DNA of 64,000 bases, from NCBI GenBank assembly GCA_965197525.1, contig OZ240211.1, forward strand, positions 1,920,001 through 1,984,000, written 5' to 3'. Positions 1 to 9,691 of this stretch are shown one piece after another. Numbering within the stretch: the stretch's first letter is position 1; the number at the start of each line of letters is the position of its first letter. The stretch is from Nitrosopumilus sp. (GTDB lineage: Archaea; Thermoproteota; Nitrososphaeria; Nitrososphaerales; Nitrosopumilaceae). The notes beneath the pieces were generated by a model. It saw only the letters and a program-made list of their open reading frames with translations. It was not told the DNA's origin and did no database searches. The position numbers and the translations under genes were made by a program.

Positions 1-3000
1 CTCTGCATCAAGTGATGGGACATACAACCTTGATCTTGTACAAAACCACGGCATCGAGGATTCGGCAGATAATCCTCTAACTGATACTGCCACCACTGGA
101 GTAGACCACACCTACACGGTCAACACAGTACCTGCTGATACCACAGCACCAACACTCACATCAATTGAGAGATACAATCCTGTTGCTGCAACTACTGACA
201 GCCAGACACTAGTCTACGAGGTAACCTTTAGCGAGGCAGTGACCGGTGTGACACAGTCTGACTTTGTTATGTCTTCTGATAGCACGGGTACTGCTGCTAA
301 TTCTGTAACCTCCATATCCGGTTCTGGCAGCCAGTACTTTGTGACAGTCTCTGCATCAAGTGATGGGACATACAACCTTGATCTTGTACAAAACCACGGC
401 ATCGAGGATTCGGCAGATAATCCTCTAACTGATACTGCCACCACTGGAGTAGACCACACCTACACGGTCAACACAGTACCTGCTGATACCACAGCACCAA
501 CACTCACATCAATTGAGAGATACAATCCTGTTGCTGCAACTACTGACAGCCAGACACTAGTCTACGAGGTAACCTTTAGCGAGGCAGTGACCGGTGTGAC
601 ACAGTCTGACTTTGTTATGTCTTCTGATAGCACGGGTACTGCTGCTAATTCTGTAACCTCCATATCCGGTTCTGGCAGCCAGTACTTTGTGACAGTCTCT
701 GCATCAAGTGATGGGACATACAACCTTGATCTTGTACAAAACCACGGCATCGAGGATTCGGCAGATAATCCTCTAACTGATACTGCCACCACTGGAGTAG
801 ACCACACCTACACGGTCAACCAGTACCTGCAGACAACACGGCACCAACACTCACATCAATTGAGAGATACAATCCTGTTGCTGCAACTACTGACAGCCAG
901 ACACTAGTCTACGAGGTAACCTTTAGCGAGGCAGTGACCGGTGTGACACAGTCTGACTTTGTTATGTCTTCTGATAGCACGGGTGGTTCTGACACTGGTA
1001 CTGGTACTGGCCAGTTCACTCAGACCAACTCACCATCAACTGCCATAACAGGTGCTCAAGATGTTACTGATACTATAGCAGTGTCTAGTTCTGGAAATGT
1101 TGCATCAGTTTCAGTTGACCTAAACATTACTCATACATACATTAGTGATCTAAAGGTAGATTTGGTTGCCCCCGACGGTACAATCGAAACATTACACAAT
1201 CGTTCAGGCGGTAGTTCAGACGACATAATATCTACATACACACCAAGCTTTAATGGCACCTCAATATCAGGAACATGGACGCTGAAGATCAACGACGACT
1301 ATCCGTCTGCAGATGACGGCGTTCTGAACAGCTGGACACTCACAATTAATTATGGTGATACCACCGATGTCCCCAATCCTGTAACCTCCATATCCGGTTC
1401 TGGCAGCCAGTACTTTGTGACAGTCTCTGCATCAAGTGATGGGACATACGACCTTGATCTTGTACAAAACCACGGCATCGAGGATTCGGCAGATAATCCT
1501 CTAACTGATACTGCCACCACCGGAGTAGACCACACCTATACGGTCAACACAGTACCTGCTGATACCACAGCACCAACACTCACATCAATTGAGAGATACA
1601 ATCCTGCTGTTGCAACTACTGACAGCCAGACGCTAGTCTACGAGGTAACCTTTAGCGAAGCAGTGACCGGTGTGACACAGTCTGACTTTGTTATGTCTTC
1701 TGATAGCACGGGCGGTTCTGACACAGGTACTGGTACTGGTACTGGCCAGTTCACTCAGACCAACTCACCATCAACTGCCATAACAGGTGCTCAAGATGTT
1801 ACTGATACTATAGACAGTGTCTAGTTCTGGAAATGTTGCATCAGTTTCAGTTGACCTAAACATTACTCATACATACATTAGTGATCTAAAGGTAGATTTG
1901 GTTGCCCCCGACGGTACAATCGAAACATTACACAATCGTTCAGGCGGTAGTTCAGACGACATAATATCTACATACACACCAAGCTTTAATGGCACCTCAA
2001 TATCAGGAACATGGACGCTGAAGATCAACGACGACTATCCGTCTGCTGATGACGGCGTTCTGAACAGCTGGACACTCACAATTAATTATGGCGATACTGC
2101 CGTTACTGTCCCCAATCCTGTAACCTCCATATCCGGTTCTGGCAGCCAGTACTTTGTGACAGTCTCTGCATCAAGTGATGGGACATACAACCTTGATCTT
2201 GTACAAAACTACGGCATCGAGGATTCGGCAGATAATCCTCTAACTGATACTGCCACCACTGGAGTAGACCACACCTACACGGTCAACACAGTACCTGCAG
2301 ATACCACAGCACCAACACTCACATCAATTGAGAGATACAATCCTGCTGTTGCAACTACTGACAGCCAGACCCTAGTCTACGAGGTAACCTTTAGCGAAGC
2401 AGTGACCGGTGTGACACAGTCTGACTTTGTTATATCTTCTGATAGCACGGGTACTGGTACTGGTACTGGTACTGGCCAGTTCACTCAGACCAACTCACCA
2501 TCAACTGCCATAACAGGTGCTCAAGACGTTACTGATACTATGACAGTGTCTAGTTCTGGAAATGCTGCATCAGTTTCAGTTGACCTAAACATTACTCATA
2601 CATACATTAGTGATCTAAAGGTAGATTTGGTTGCCCCCGACGGTACAATCGAAACATTACACAATCGTTCAGGCGGTAGTTCAGACGACATAGTATCTAC
2701 ATACACACCAAGCTTTAATGGCACCTCAATATCTGGAACATGGACGCTGAAGATCAACGACGACTATCCATCTGCTGATGACGGCGTTCTGAACAGCTGG
2801 ACACTCACAATTAATTATGGTGATGCCGTTACTGTCTCCAATCCTGTAACCTCCATATCCGGTTCTGGCAGCCAGTACTTTGTGACAGTCTCTGCATCAA
2901 GTGATGGGACATACAACCTTGATCTTGTACAAAACTACGGCATCGAGGATTCGGCAGATAATCCTCTAACTGATACTGCCACCACTGGAGTAGACCACAC

Positions 3001-3988
3001 CTACACGGTCAACACAGTACCTGCAGATACCACAGCACCAACACTCACATCAATTGAGAGATACAATCCTGTTGCTGCCACTACTGACAGCCAGACCCTA
3101 GTCTACGAGGTAACCTTTAGCGAAGCAGTGACCGGTGTGACACAGTCTGACTTTGTTCTGTCTTCTGATAGCACGGGTACTGGTACTGGTACTGGTACTG
3201 GCCAGTTCACTCAGACCAACTCACCATCAACTGCCATAACAGGTGCTCAAGACGTTACTGATACTATGACAGTGTCTAGTTCTGGAAATGCTGCATCAGT
3301 TTCAGTTGACCTAAACATTACTCATACATACATTAGTGATCTAAAGGTAGATTTGGTTGCCCCCGACGGTACAATCGAAACATTACACAATCGTTCAGGC
3401 GGTAGTTCAGACGACATAGTATCTACATACACACCAAGCTTTAATGGCACCTCAATATCTGGAACATGGACGCTGAAGATCAACGACGACTATCCATCTG
3501 CTGATGACGGCGTTCTGAACAGCTGGACACTCACAATTAATTATGGTGATGCCGTTACTGTCTCCAATCCTGTAACCTCCATATCCGGTTCTGGCAGCCA
3601 ATACTTTGTGACAGTCTCTGCATCAAGTGATGGGACATACAACCTTGATCTTGTACAAAACCACGGCATCGAGGATTCGGCAGATAATCCTCTAACTGAT
3701 ACTGCCACCACCGGAGTAGACCACACCTACACGGTCAACACAGTACCTGCAGATACCACAGCACCAACACTCACATCAATTGAGAGATACAATCCTGTTG
3801 CTGCCACTACTGACAGCCAGACCCTAGTCTACGAGGTAACCTTTAGCGAGGTAGTGACCGGTGTGACACAGTCTGACTTTGTTCTGTCTTCTGATAGCAC
3901 GGGTACTGCTGCTAATTCTATAACCCCCATATCCGGTTCTGGCAGCCAGTACTTTGTGACAGTCTCTGCATCAAGTGATGGGACATAC
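1..3988 (+). repeat. Near-identical tandem coding modules: 348-nt Ig-like unit, or about 730-745-nt unit when a P-domain cassette is inserted
   Basis: GTGACCGGTGTGACACAGTCTGAC recurs at about 240, 588, 935, 1663, 2403, 3129 and 3855; variable (GGTACT)n linker before each P-domain. Confidence 0.95.
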
Positions 3989-4006
3989 ATGGTCGTTATA
4001 GTTTAG
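1..4006 (+). CDS. Large repetitive Ser/Thr-rich surface protein (Ig-like repeats plus four proprotein-convertase P-domains); 5' end lies outside the window, two apparent frameshifts, 3' end truncated near 3988
   Basis: ORFs 239-907, 934-1824 and 1817-4006 encode the same modules (DTTAPTLTSIERYNP...TFSEAVTGVTQSDF and VSVDLNITHTYISDLKVDLVAPDG...GTWTLKINDD...LNSWTL). Comparison with sister repeats shows one base missing near 820 and one extra near 1812. Confidence 0.75.
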
Positions 4007-4336
4007 ATACTTTACAGAATATTTTCTATTACGTTTACCAGTTTCCATTTTTTTAACTTCTGTAAAATTCACGTCAAGATCTTTAATCTTCTCTTTTAGT
4101 AAAGATTCTAATTCATTGGAGATATCACTGTTGCAAGTAAAATCACGATCTTCTGAAAATCTTACATCTGGAAAATATATCTTTTTGAGTGCAGTACCTC
4201 CCTTAAACACCATTTCAGATATTTCTGAAAATTCTGAAATTACAAACAACAAGACAGTCGCAGAATAATCTTTTTGGATAGTTTCTGCAAATACACCATA
4301 CTTGCCACCCAATGACTTCATTTCATCTACATCCAT
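3971..4336 (-). pseudogene. AbiEii-type nucleotidyltransferase toxin (type IV TA), C-terminally truncated
   Basis: Motifs IQKDY, FKGGTALKKIY, RFSEDRDF; the frame runs into surface-protein repeat DNA near 3988. Confidence 0.8.
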
Positions 4337-5085
4337 TTCTAATACTCCATCCAGCCAAGTAATTCATCTTTTGTTCTGTTAAGTATTAATCCATATTCTT
4401 TTGAATACGCAATTCTTGTTTTTGCAGTAGTAGGATCAAGAAAACTGTAAGGATATCGAGTTATTTCTTTTCTTATTTTTTCAGACAGATTTTTTTCTAC
4501 ATCAAGAACAGTTAACAGATAACCCAATCGACGTAACACTACATTAATCCCAATTTTTTTGGATAGTTGATAAACTTCGTTCCAATCAATTTCTTGTCGT
4601 ATATTCCACATTGCTTTTGTCACTTCTACTATACCGCCACAGTATTCGGGGTGAGTTAATCCATCAACAATTGTTTTTTCTTTTGAAGATATGTTAAAAT
4701 AACTATTTTTCCCTGTTATGTGTTCCACATACCCAAAAAATTTCTTTTCTGATATGGTGACAAATTGGAATTTTTGATTTCCAAATTTCAAGATGCGATT
4801 TTTCTTTCGTTTTGGAGTAGCAACGAAAACTGTGTAAGGTATTTGTTCTGTCATGTCCCAAAAATTCATTGCAGTCCAAAATCCAACATAGTATTCGTCA
4901 ACTAGTTGAGGTACAATTAACCAAGGATCCTCAGACCAATATCCCTCGGGACCGGCTCTTGTAGGGATAAGGAGATATTTTCCATTTTCGATTTCTTGTA
5001 ATCGTCTCTTTTTTTTCAGCCCTCCAATTACATTCCAGACAGCAGAATCCGTTCCTTTAAGAATATTTCTGGCATCATTGAAGGT

Positions 5086-6518
5086 TGTGGGATCCCGAAA
5101 GTAGTTCGCCCCTCTTCAAAACTTGGAGATGTTTGCATGTATGATGTTCTAGAGTGATGTATAACTGTCTTGTGCTAAATCCTACTGTACAATTCATGAA
5201 TTTTATTCATTTCCACTCCACGCATGGCAACTATTCAAAAAATTATGCATAGTATCCACTACTAAGGACAAAACATCTGTTTTAATGTCATAATGCTATT
5301 CTGCACTGTACTCTTGACCTGTTTGACTATCTGTCACCGTCTTGCCAGCAGGCGGCATCTTTCTCTTAAATGCCTGTACCGGAGTCTCTAGATTGTCCCA
5401 GTCAAGTGACATATGCGGTCTGTTGTAGTTGTACCATTCCATGAACCGTTCCACGGGATCCTTTGCAGATGCGGTGTAAAACGGTCCTCCTACACTAGAG
5501 TTCTCTGTTGTACCACGTCGAGTCTTGCCAGCTGAGGCATCTTCAAAGTGGCGTAGTTTGCGCTGTATCTCTCCGTGCAGACGTTCTAGTTTACCATTTG
5601 TCTGTGGATGTCGTACACGTGCCAATATGTGTTTGATGTCAAGTTCCACCAGTCTTTGTTCAAATTTGGAGGCACCCTTCTTCTTGGCCTCAGACTCTGT
5701 GGCATAGAACTGGGTACCGCGATCTGTCAGGATTGATGCAGGCTTGCCGTGATTTTTTATGGCCTCATCAAGTACCTTTAGGGCGTTTTCTGTAGTTGCC
5801 TCTGCAAATACACCAAAACCAGTCACAAAACGTGAAGCGTCATCCTGGTAACATATGAGCCATCTGCCATCGTCAAGATGTTTGAAATCAGTATGCCATA
5901 GGGAATTGGAGTAAGTTCGTTCCCACCTAACCCACTTGCGCCTCTTGCTCTTGTTTGGACTGGCATCTACATAATCTGCATCTTTCAATACTTTGTGTAT
6001 AAAGTTGTGCGCAATATACATTCCTACAGATGATCTTATGACGCGCTCCAAGGTTGCAGCTCCTCGAATCTCGTTTGCTATTGCTGAGAGAATCACCGAG
6101 TGTTCTAGTCGTCCGGGCGCACTCTTTTTGGGTCTTCCCATTGGGGCAGGATACACTATCTTGTCTGCATCTTTGTATCTCTTGTGCAGCTTTTGAACCC
6201 ATCTGACAGAGACGTTCATCTTTGCTGCAATCTCTCTGTTACTGGCAGTATTCTTGCGTTTTTCTCTGATAATCCATTCCACTTTGGACAAGTCAAGTTT
6301 TTTCATTACTCGTACTCTCCGTCTTCCTATATAACGCCACACAGTAGAGCGTCTCCATCTGCGGACCCACACACCGCTGTTTCCAGTAATGGACAAGTTG
6401 ACTGTGTCTTTCATAGATTTTACATGGGATGCCATGCCGCTGAAAAAATCAGTCATGGAACACGCCCACCTAGGCTATGAGCCTGATGTGAGGGGTGAAC
6501 TACTTTCAGGACAATACA
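5086..6518 (-). mobile_element. IS481-family insertion sequence (1433 bp)
   Basis: TGT...ACA ends; imperfect 29-bp terminal inverted repeats (23/29 match); 15-bp direct repeat GGCATCATTGAAGGT at 5071-5085 and 6519-6533. Confidence 0.9.
5296..6306 (-). CDS. IS481-family DDE transposase
   Basis: N-terminal HTH (SVRWVQKLHKRY), WHTDF, DDASRF, ILTDRGTQF, HPQTNGKLERLH, YNYNRPH. Likely start is the ATG at 6306 (MKKLDLSK); the ORF track extends to 6456. Confidence 0.9.
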   Translation of the reverse strand: MKKLDLSKVEWIIREKRKNTASNREIAAKMNVSVRWVQKLHKRYKDADKIVYPAPMGRPKKSAPGRLEHSVILSAIANEIRGAATLERVIRSSVGMYIAHNFIHKVLKDADYVDASPNKSKRRKWVRWERTYSNSLWHTDFKHLDDGRWLICYQDDASRFVTGFGVFAEATTENALKVLDEAIKNHGKPASILTDRGTQFYATESEAKKKGASKFEQRLVELDIKHILARVRHPQTNGKLERLHGEIQRKLRHFEDASAGKTRRGTTENSSVGGPFYTASAKDPVERFMEWYNYNRPHMSLDWDNLETPVQAFKRKMPPAGKTVTDSQTGQEYSAE

Positions 6519-6638
6519 GGCATCATTGAAGGTAAAGATACTCATTTTCTTCGTTTCCAGACTGAACAGTAGTTTTGTTTCCTGCGGTCCTAGTCGTATA
6601 TCCTGTGTCACCATTCTCTCCTCTAAAGAGAGATTAGT

Positions 6639-8505
6639 CAGTTAGCTCAGAAGTAGATGAAATCTGGACACCTGCCAATGGAGAATCTGTGGCAGATCAC
6701 ATGTTTAAAACTAAGATGAAGATCATTCCATACCATCACACACCGTCTGAGTGTCAGAACAGTATAGCGTGTTACATACGATTCTCACAGGAGACAAAAA
6801 AGCGTGCAGATGTGAGTTGCAGGCTGGGAGGCGTTTCCATAGGTCTGTTGATGTGTCTCAGGAAGCGACAGCAGAAATCAAATGCGGTGTTGTTTGAATT
6901 CGGTGTTACAGCAGACAGTCTAGTGGGTTATTGCACATATGACATGGTAGTGACAATGTCACAACAAGCAACATCTTTGGAACCAGCAAGAGAGGCCCCG
7001 GGCGGCGGTTCTTCATATCTGCCGTTCCATGGAAGAGTGTACATCATTATAATTATCTTCATGTCAGTCTGCGTGATTTTAGGATAGATGCTCCTGCTAC
7101 CTGATACGGATTGATTGTTTGTCAGCTCGGCGTTTGCAAGAACCCAAGAGTTGAACAATACAAGTGAATACATAAAACACAGCGTCCGGACAGTGACGCT
7201 CCTGCTGCGCGTTCTTACCCTTTGGTTTTCTACCATTCTAAAACCCGTCTCTATCATCCATCTCTCAGCGTAGCGTTTGACATCGATGTCAAATCTGTTT
7301 GTGGCAAACGCAATGTATTTTTCTTCTGGTTTTTCCACACAAGATTTGTTCTTGCTCTTCTTCTTGCTCTTCTTCTTGCGTTCCGTTATGTGCATTACAT
7401 ACTCTACGTAATCGTTCTTGGATTTTGCTATACGAAACATGGATATTGCAGGACGCTCTCCTCTGGAAAACTCCTCAATGGCCCTTACGACATTGGCCGT
7501 GTTGACGCATGGAATCAGATAATCCACGCCTAGATCTCTTAACACCCTGATGACATCAGTGGAGAAGAACTCACGATCAAGCATGACTGTTCCAATCTTG
7601 GCACCTGTTTGCCTGCACATTGCAACTGTCTTGCGCACATAACATGCCGTATCCTCAAGTGCAGGCATGTGCAATAACGCAAGTGCCATCTGCATGCCGG
7701 GCTTGATACACTGCGCTGCAATATACCGCTCAAAACTGCCCGTCTTGCCCTTGCTCTTTGAGCGCACCAGTTCGGCTCCGTGCTTGCGATCCCAGCGTCG
7801 TATCAGATGCATATCTATGGCAATGTCTATTCGTTTTCCTGCAAATAATCCAAGCGATTGCAATCTGTCAAGATTGGCAGACATGGCCTTTTCAAGTGAC
7901 TTTGTCATGCCGTACGGATCAACCCTTAGACAGATGTTGGAAATCCACTCCCCGCACGGATACTCGCGGTGGCCTCTTGCAAGCATGTATGAGACTGTCT
8001 TCCATCTACGTACGGCCGCAGTATATCCGAATATTGAGACGTCAAGTGCTGCAGCTCCCATCATGATGGCATGAAAGACAGCAGGACCATATCTTGCGTT
8101 GGATTTTTTGGAGAACGGGATATTTGGATTGAACACGTCTTCTACATCCCTCATGACAGATGCACGCTGTCGTGGATTGTTTGCAAGACTGCGCTGCATG
8201 TTCTTTTTTAAGAGTGGGCTGTCAGTCATCTGGTACCACACCCCTCATCTCTTTACTTTGGTTAGATCTTTGTGCAAAACATATGCACCAGCTAGTTTAA
8301 ATCCAAATTTTGTTAGTTTAAAGTAGTGTTTGAGAATCCGTTCATGGTGGTTCATTGACGGATCATCTTACACTTTTTATTTAATATGCAATGTTGTATG
8401 TTTTAAAACAATTGCTAAATATTCCAGTGGTCTGTGCTACTTGTGACAATCTTCATAATACTTGCATACAATCATCCGATATTCTAGTTACTTCTGAGCT
8501 AACTG
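6639..8505 (-). mobile_element. ISH3-family (IS4-like) insertion sequence, apparently complete (1867 bp)
   Basis: 17-bp terminal inverted repeats CAGTTAGCTCAGAAGTA (6639-6655, 8489-8505); 5-bp target duplication TTAGT (6634-6638, 8506-8510). Confidence 0.85.
6928..8241 (-). CDS. ISH3-family DDE transposase
   Basis: IAIDMH, MLDREFFS and YAERWMIETGFR (Y-x2-R-x3-E-x3-R) motifs typical of IS4/ISH3 transposases. Confidence 0.85.
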   Translation of the reverse strand: MWYQMTDSPLLKKNMQRSLANNPRQRASVMRDVEDVFNPNIPFSKKSNARYGPAVFHAIMMGAAALDVSIFGYTAAVRRWKTVSYMLARGHREYPCGEWISNICLRVDPYGMTKSLEKAMSANLDRLQSLGLFAGKRIDIAIDMHLIRRWDRKHGAELVRSKSKGKTGSFERYIAAQCIKPGMQMALALLHMPALEDTACYVRKTVAMCRQTGAKIGTVMLDREFFSTDVIRVLRDLGVDYLIPCVNTANVVRAIEEFSRGERPAISMFRIAKSKNDYVEYVMHITERKKKSKKKSKNKSCVEKPEEKYIAFATNRFDIDVKRYAERWMIETGFRMVENQRVRTRSRSVTVRTLCFMYSLVLFNSWVLANAELTNNQSVSGSRSIYPKITQTDMKIIIMMYTLPWNGRYEEPPPGASLAGSKDVACCDIVTTMSYVQ

Positions 8506-8770
8506 TTAGTTACATAAAAGTTGTTACATAAAATATATATGACTTATGTATCTCTTCTCTCTTGCAGTAGATAGAATTGTACTTTTTCCTAAATCCAACG
8601 TGACATTGACGGATCATCTTACACTTTTTATTTAATATGCAATGTTGTATGTTTTAAAACAATTGCTAAATATTCCAGTGGTCTGTGCTACTTGTGACAA
8701 TCTTCATAATACTTGCATACAATCATGTACTGTTAGTTACATAAAATATATATGTATGTATCTCTTCTCT
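8353..8770. repeat. Local duplication of the ISH3 right-end region (8353-8475 repeated at 8604-8726); the second copy lacks the TIR core
   Basis: 123-bp identical segment followed by a degenerate copy of the flank. Confidence 0.8.
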
Positions 8771-9005
8771 TTTTGAAGTTCATGACTACAATAGGAAAAT
8801 TTACGCTCAAATTTACATTTCATAAAACAGATAGCGATGATTAGATGATATTATGTGCGTAGATCAAAGTTGCTATTCCAAATGTGTGTCCTATAGATAT
8901 ATGTCGATAGTAACCCACTCTTAGGTGATGTGATTCATTTGGTCATATCTGTAGGACATACTCCTATTCCGAATCTGATTTATAAGATTATTTCATTATT
9001 GATGT

Positions 9006-9638
9006 ATGCAGTTAACCAAGATTCTTCAAATCAAATCGTATGACAAAATAATCGAATTTCTCAATGAAGAGCACGTAGGACGTGTATCAAGCATTGATAA
9101 AAACGGATTTCCTCAAATCATTCCAATGAACTTTGTGTTCCTTGACGGTGCAGTCTACATGCACTCCCACACACGAGGTGAAAAACTCGATAACCTTACC
9201 CAAAACAGCAAAGTAGGCTTTGAGGCAGACAGAGAACTGGAATTCCTGCCTTCCTATTTTGCAGATCCTCATGATGCGTCTCTTGCTGATACATTGTACA
9301 TCAGTGTCGTAATCAAGGGAACGGGTACCATTGTTTCTGACAGGGAAGAGAAGACTGTTGCCCTAAACGGATTGATGGAAAAGTATCAGCCTGAAGGACG
9401 ATACGACCCTATCGAACCTGATATGAAGGTTTTAGATGCTGTAAGCGTCATCAAGATAACTCCAAAATCCATCTCAGGCAAATACAAGATTGGACAACAC
9501 ATGAGATCACAAGATCAGATGGACTTGGCGCAAAAGATCTTAGAGAGGAACTCTGCTACTGCACGCACCACTCTTAAAATTATGGGCTTTGAGCTAGTTG
9601 ATGGCAAATTAAAACTGGTTAAATCTCCTCTGTGGTAA
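9006..9638 (+). CDS. Pyridoxamine 5'-phosphate oxidase-like flavin-nucleotide-binding protein
   Basis: GFPQIIPMNFV, YMHSHTRGEKL, NSKVGFE, YISVVIKG, GKYKIGQ. Confidence 0.8.
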   Translation: MQLTKILQIKSYDKIIEFLNEEHVGRVSSIDKNGFPQIIPMNFVFLDGAVYMHSHTRGEKLDNLTQNSKVGFEADRELEFLPSYFADPHDASLADTLYISVVIKGTGTIVSDREEKTVALNGLMEKYQPEGRYDPIEPDMKVLDAVSVIKITPKSISGKYKIGQHMRSQDQMDLAQKILERNSATARTTLKIMGFELVDGKLKLVKSPLW

Positions 9639-9691
9639 ATTATTACTATTCTGAATATTGTGAACAAGGATATTTAATCCGTTTTTACATT

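Larger units (their letters stand above)
4339..6614 (-). pseudogene. AbiEi-type antitoxin split by an IS481 element (5' part 6614-6519, 3' part 5070-4339; 275 aa when rejoined)
   Basis: Rejoined frame reads MVTQDIRLGPQETKLLFSLETKKMSIFTFNDA|RNILKGTDSAVWNVIGGLKKKRRLQEIENGKYLLIP...YVGFWTAMNFWDMTEQIP...SKEKTIVDGLTHPEYCGG with no stop. Confidence 0.85.

Noticed and set aside
815-1820. Frameshifts at about 820 and 1812 as phase-variation switches
   Set aside because: Neither lies in a homopolymer or repeat tract, and the 820 site has clustered mismatches typical of poor consensus.
214-3726. Repeated minus-strand ORFs MWSTPVVAVSVRGLSAES...
   Set aside because: Antisense shadows of the repetitive surface protein; the same applies to antisense ORFs such as 48740-49114 and 19055-19555.
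8353-8770. Duplicated ISH3 right-end region as a second element
   Set aside because: The second copy lacks the TIR and carries small indels; local rearrangement or mis-assembly cannot be distinguished here.
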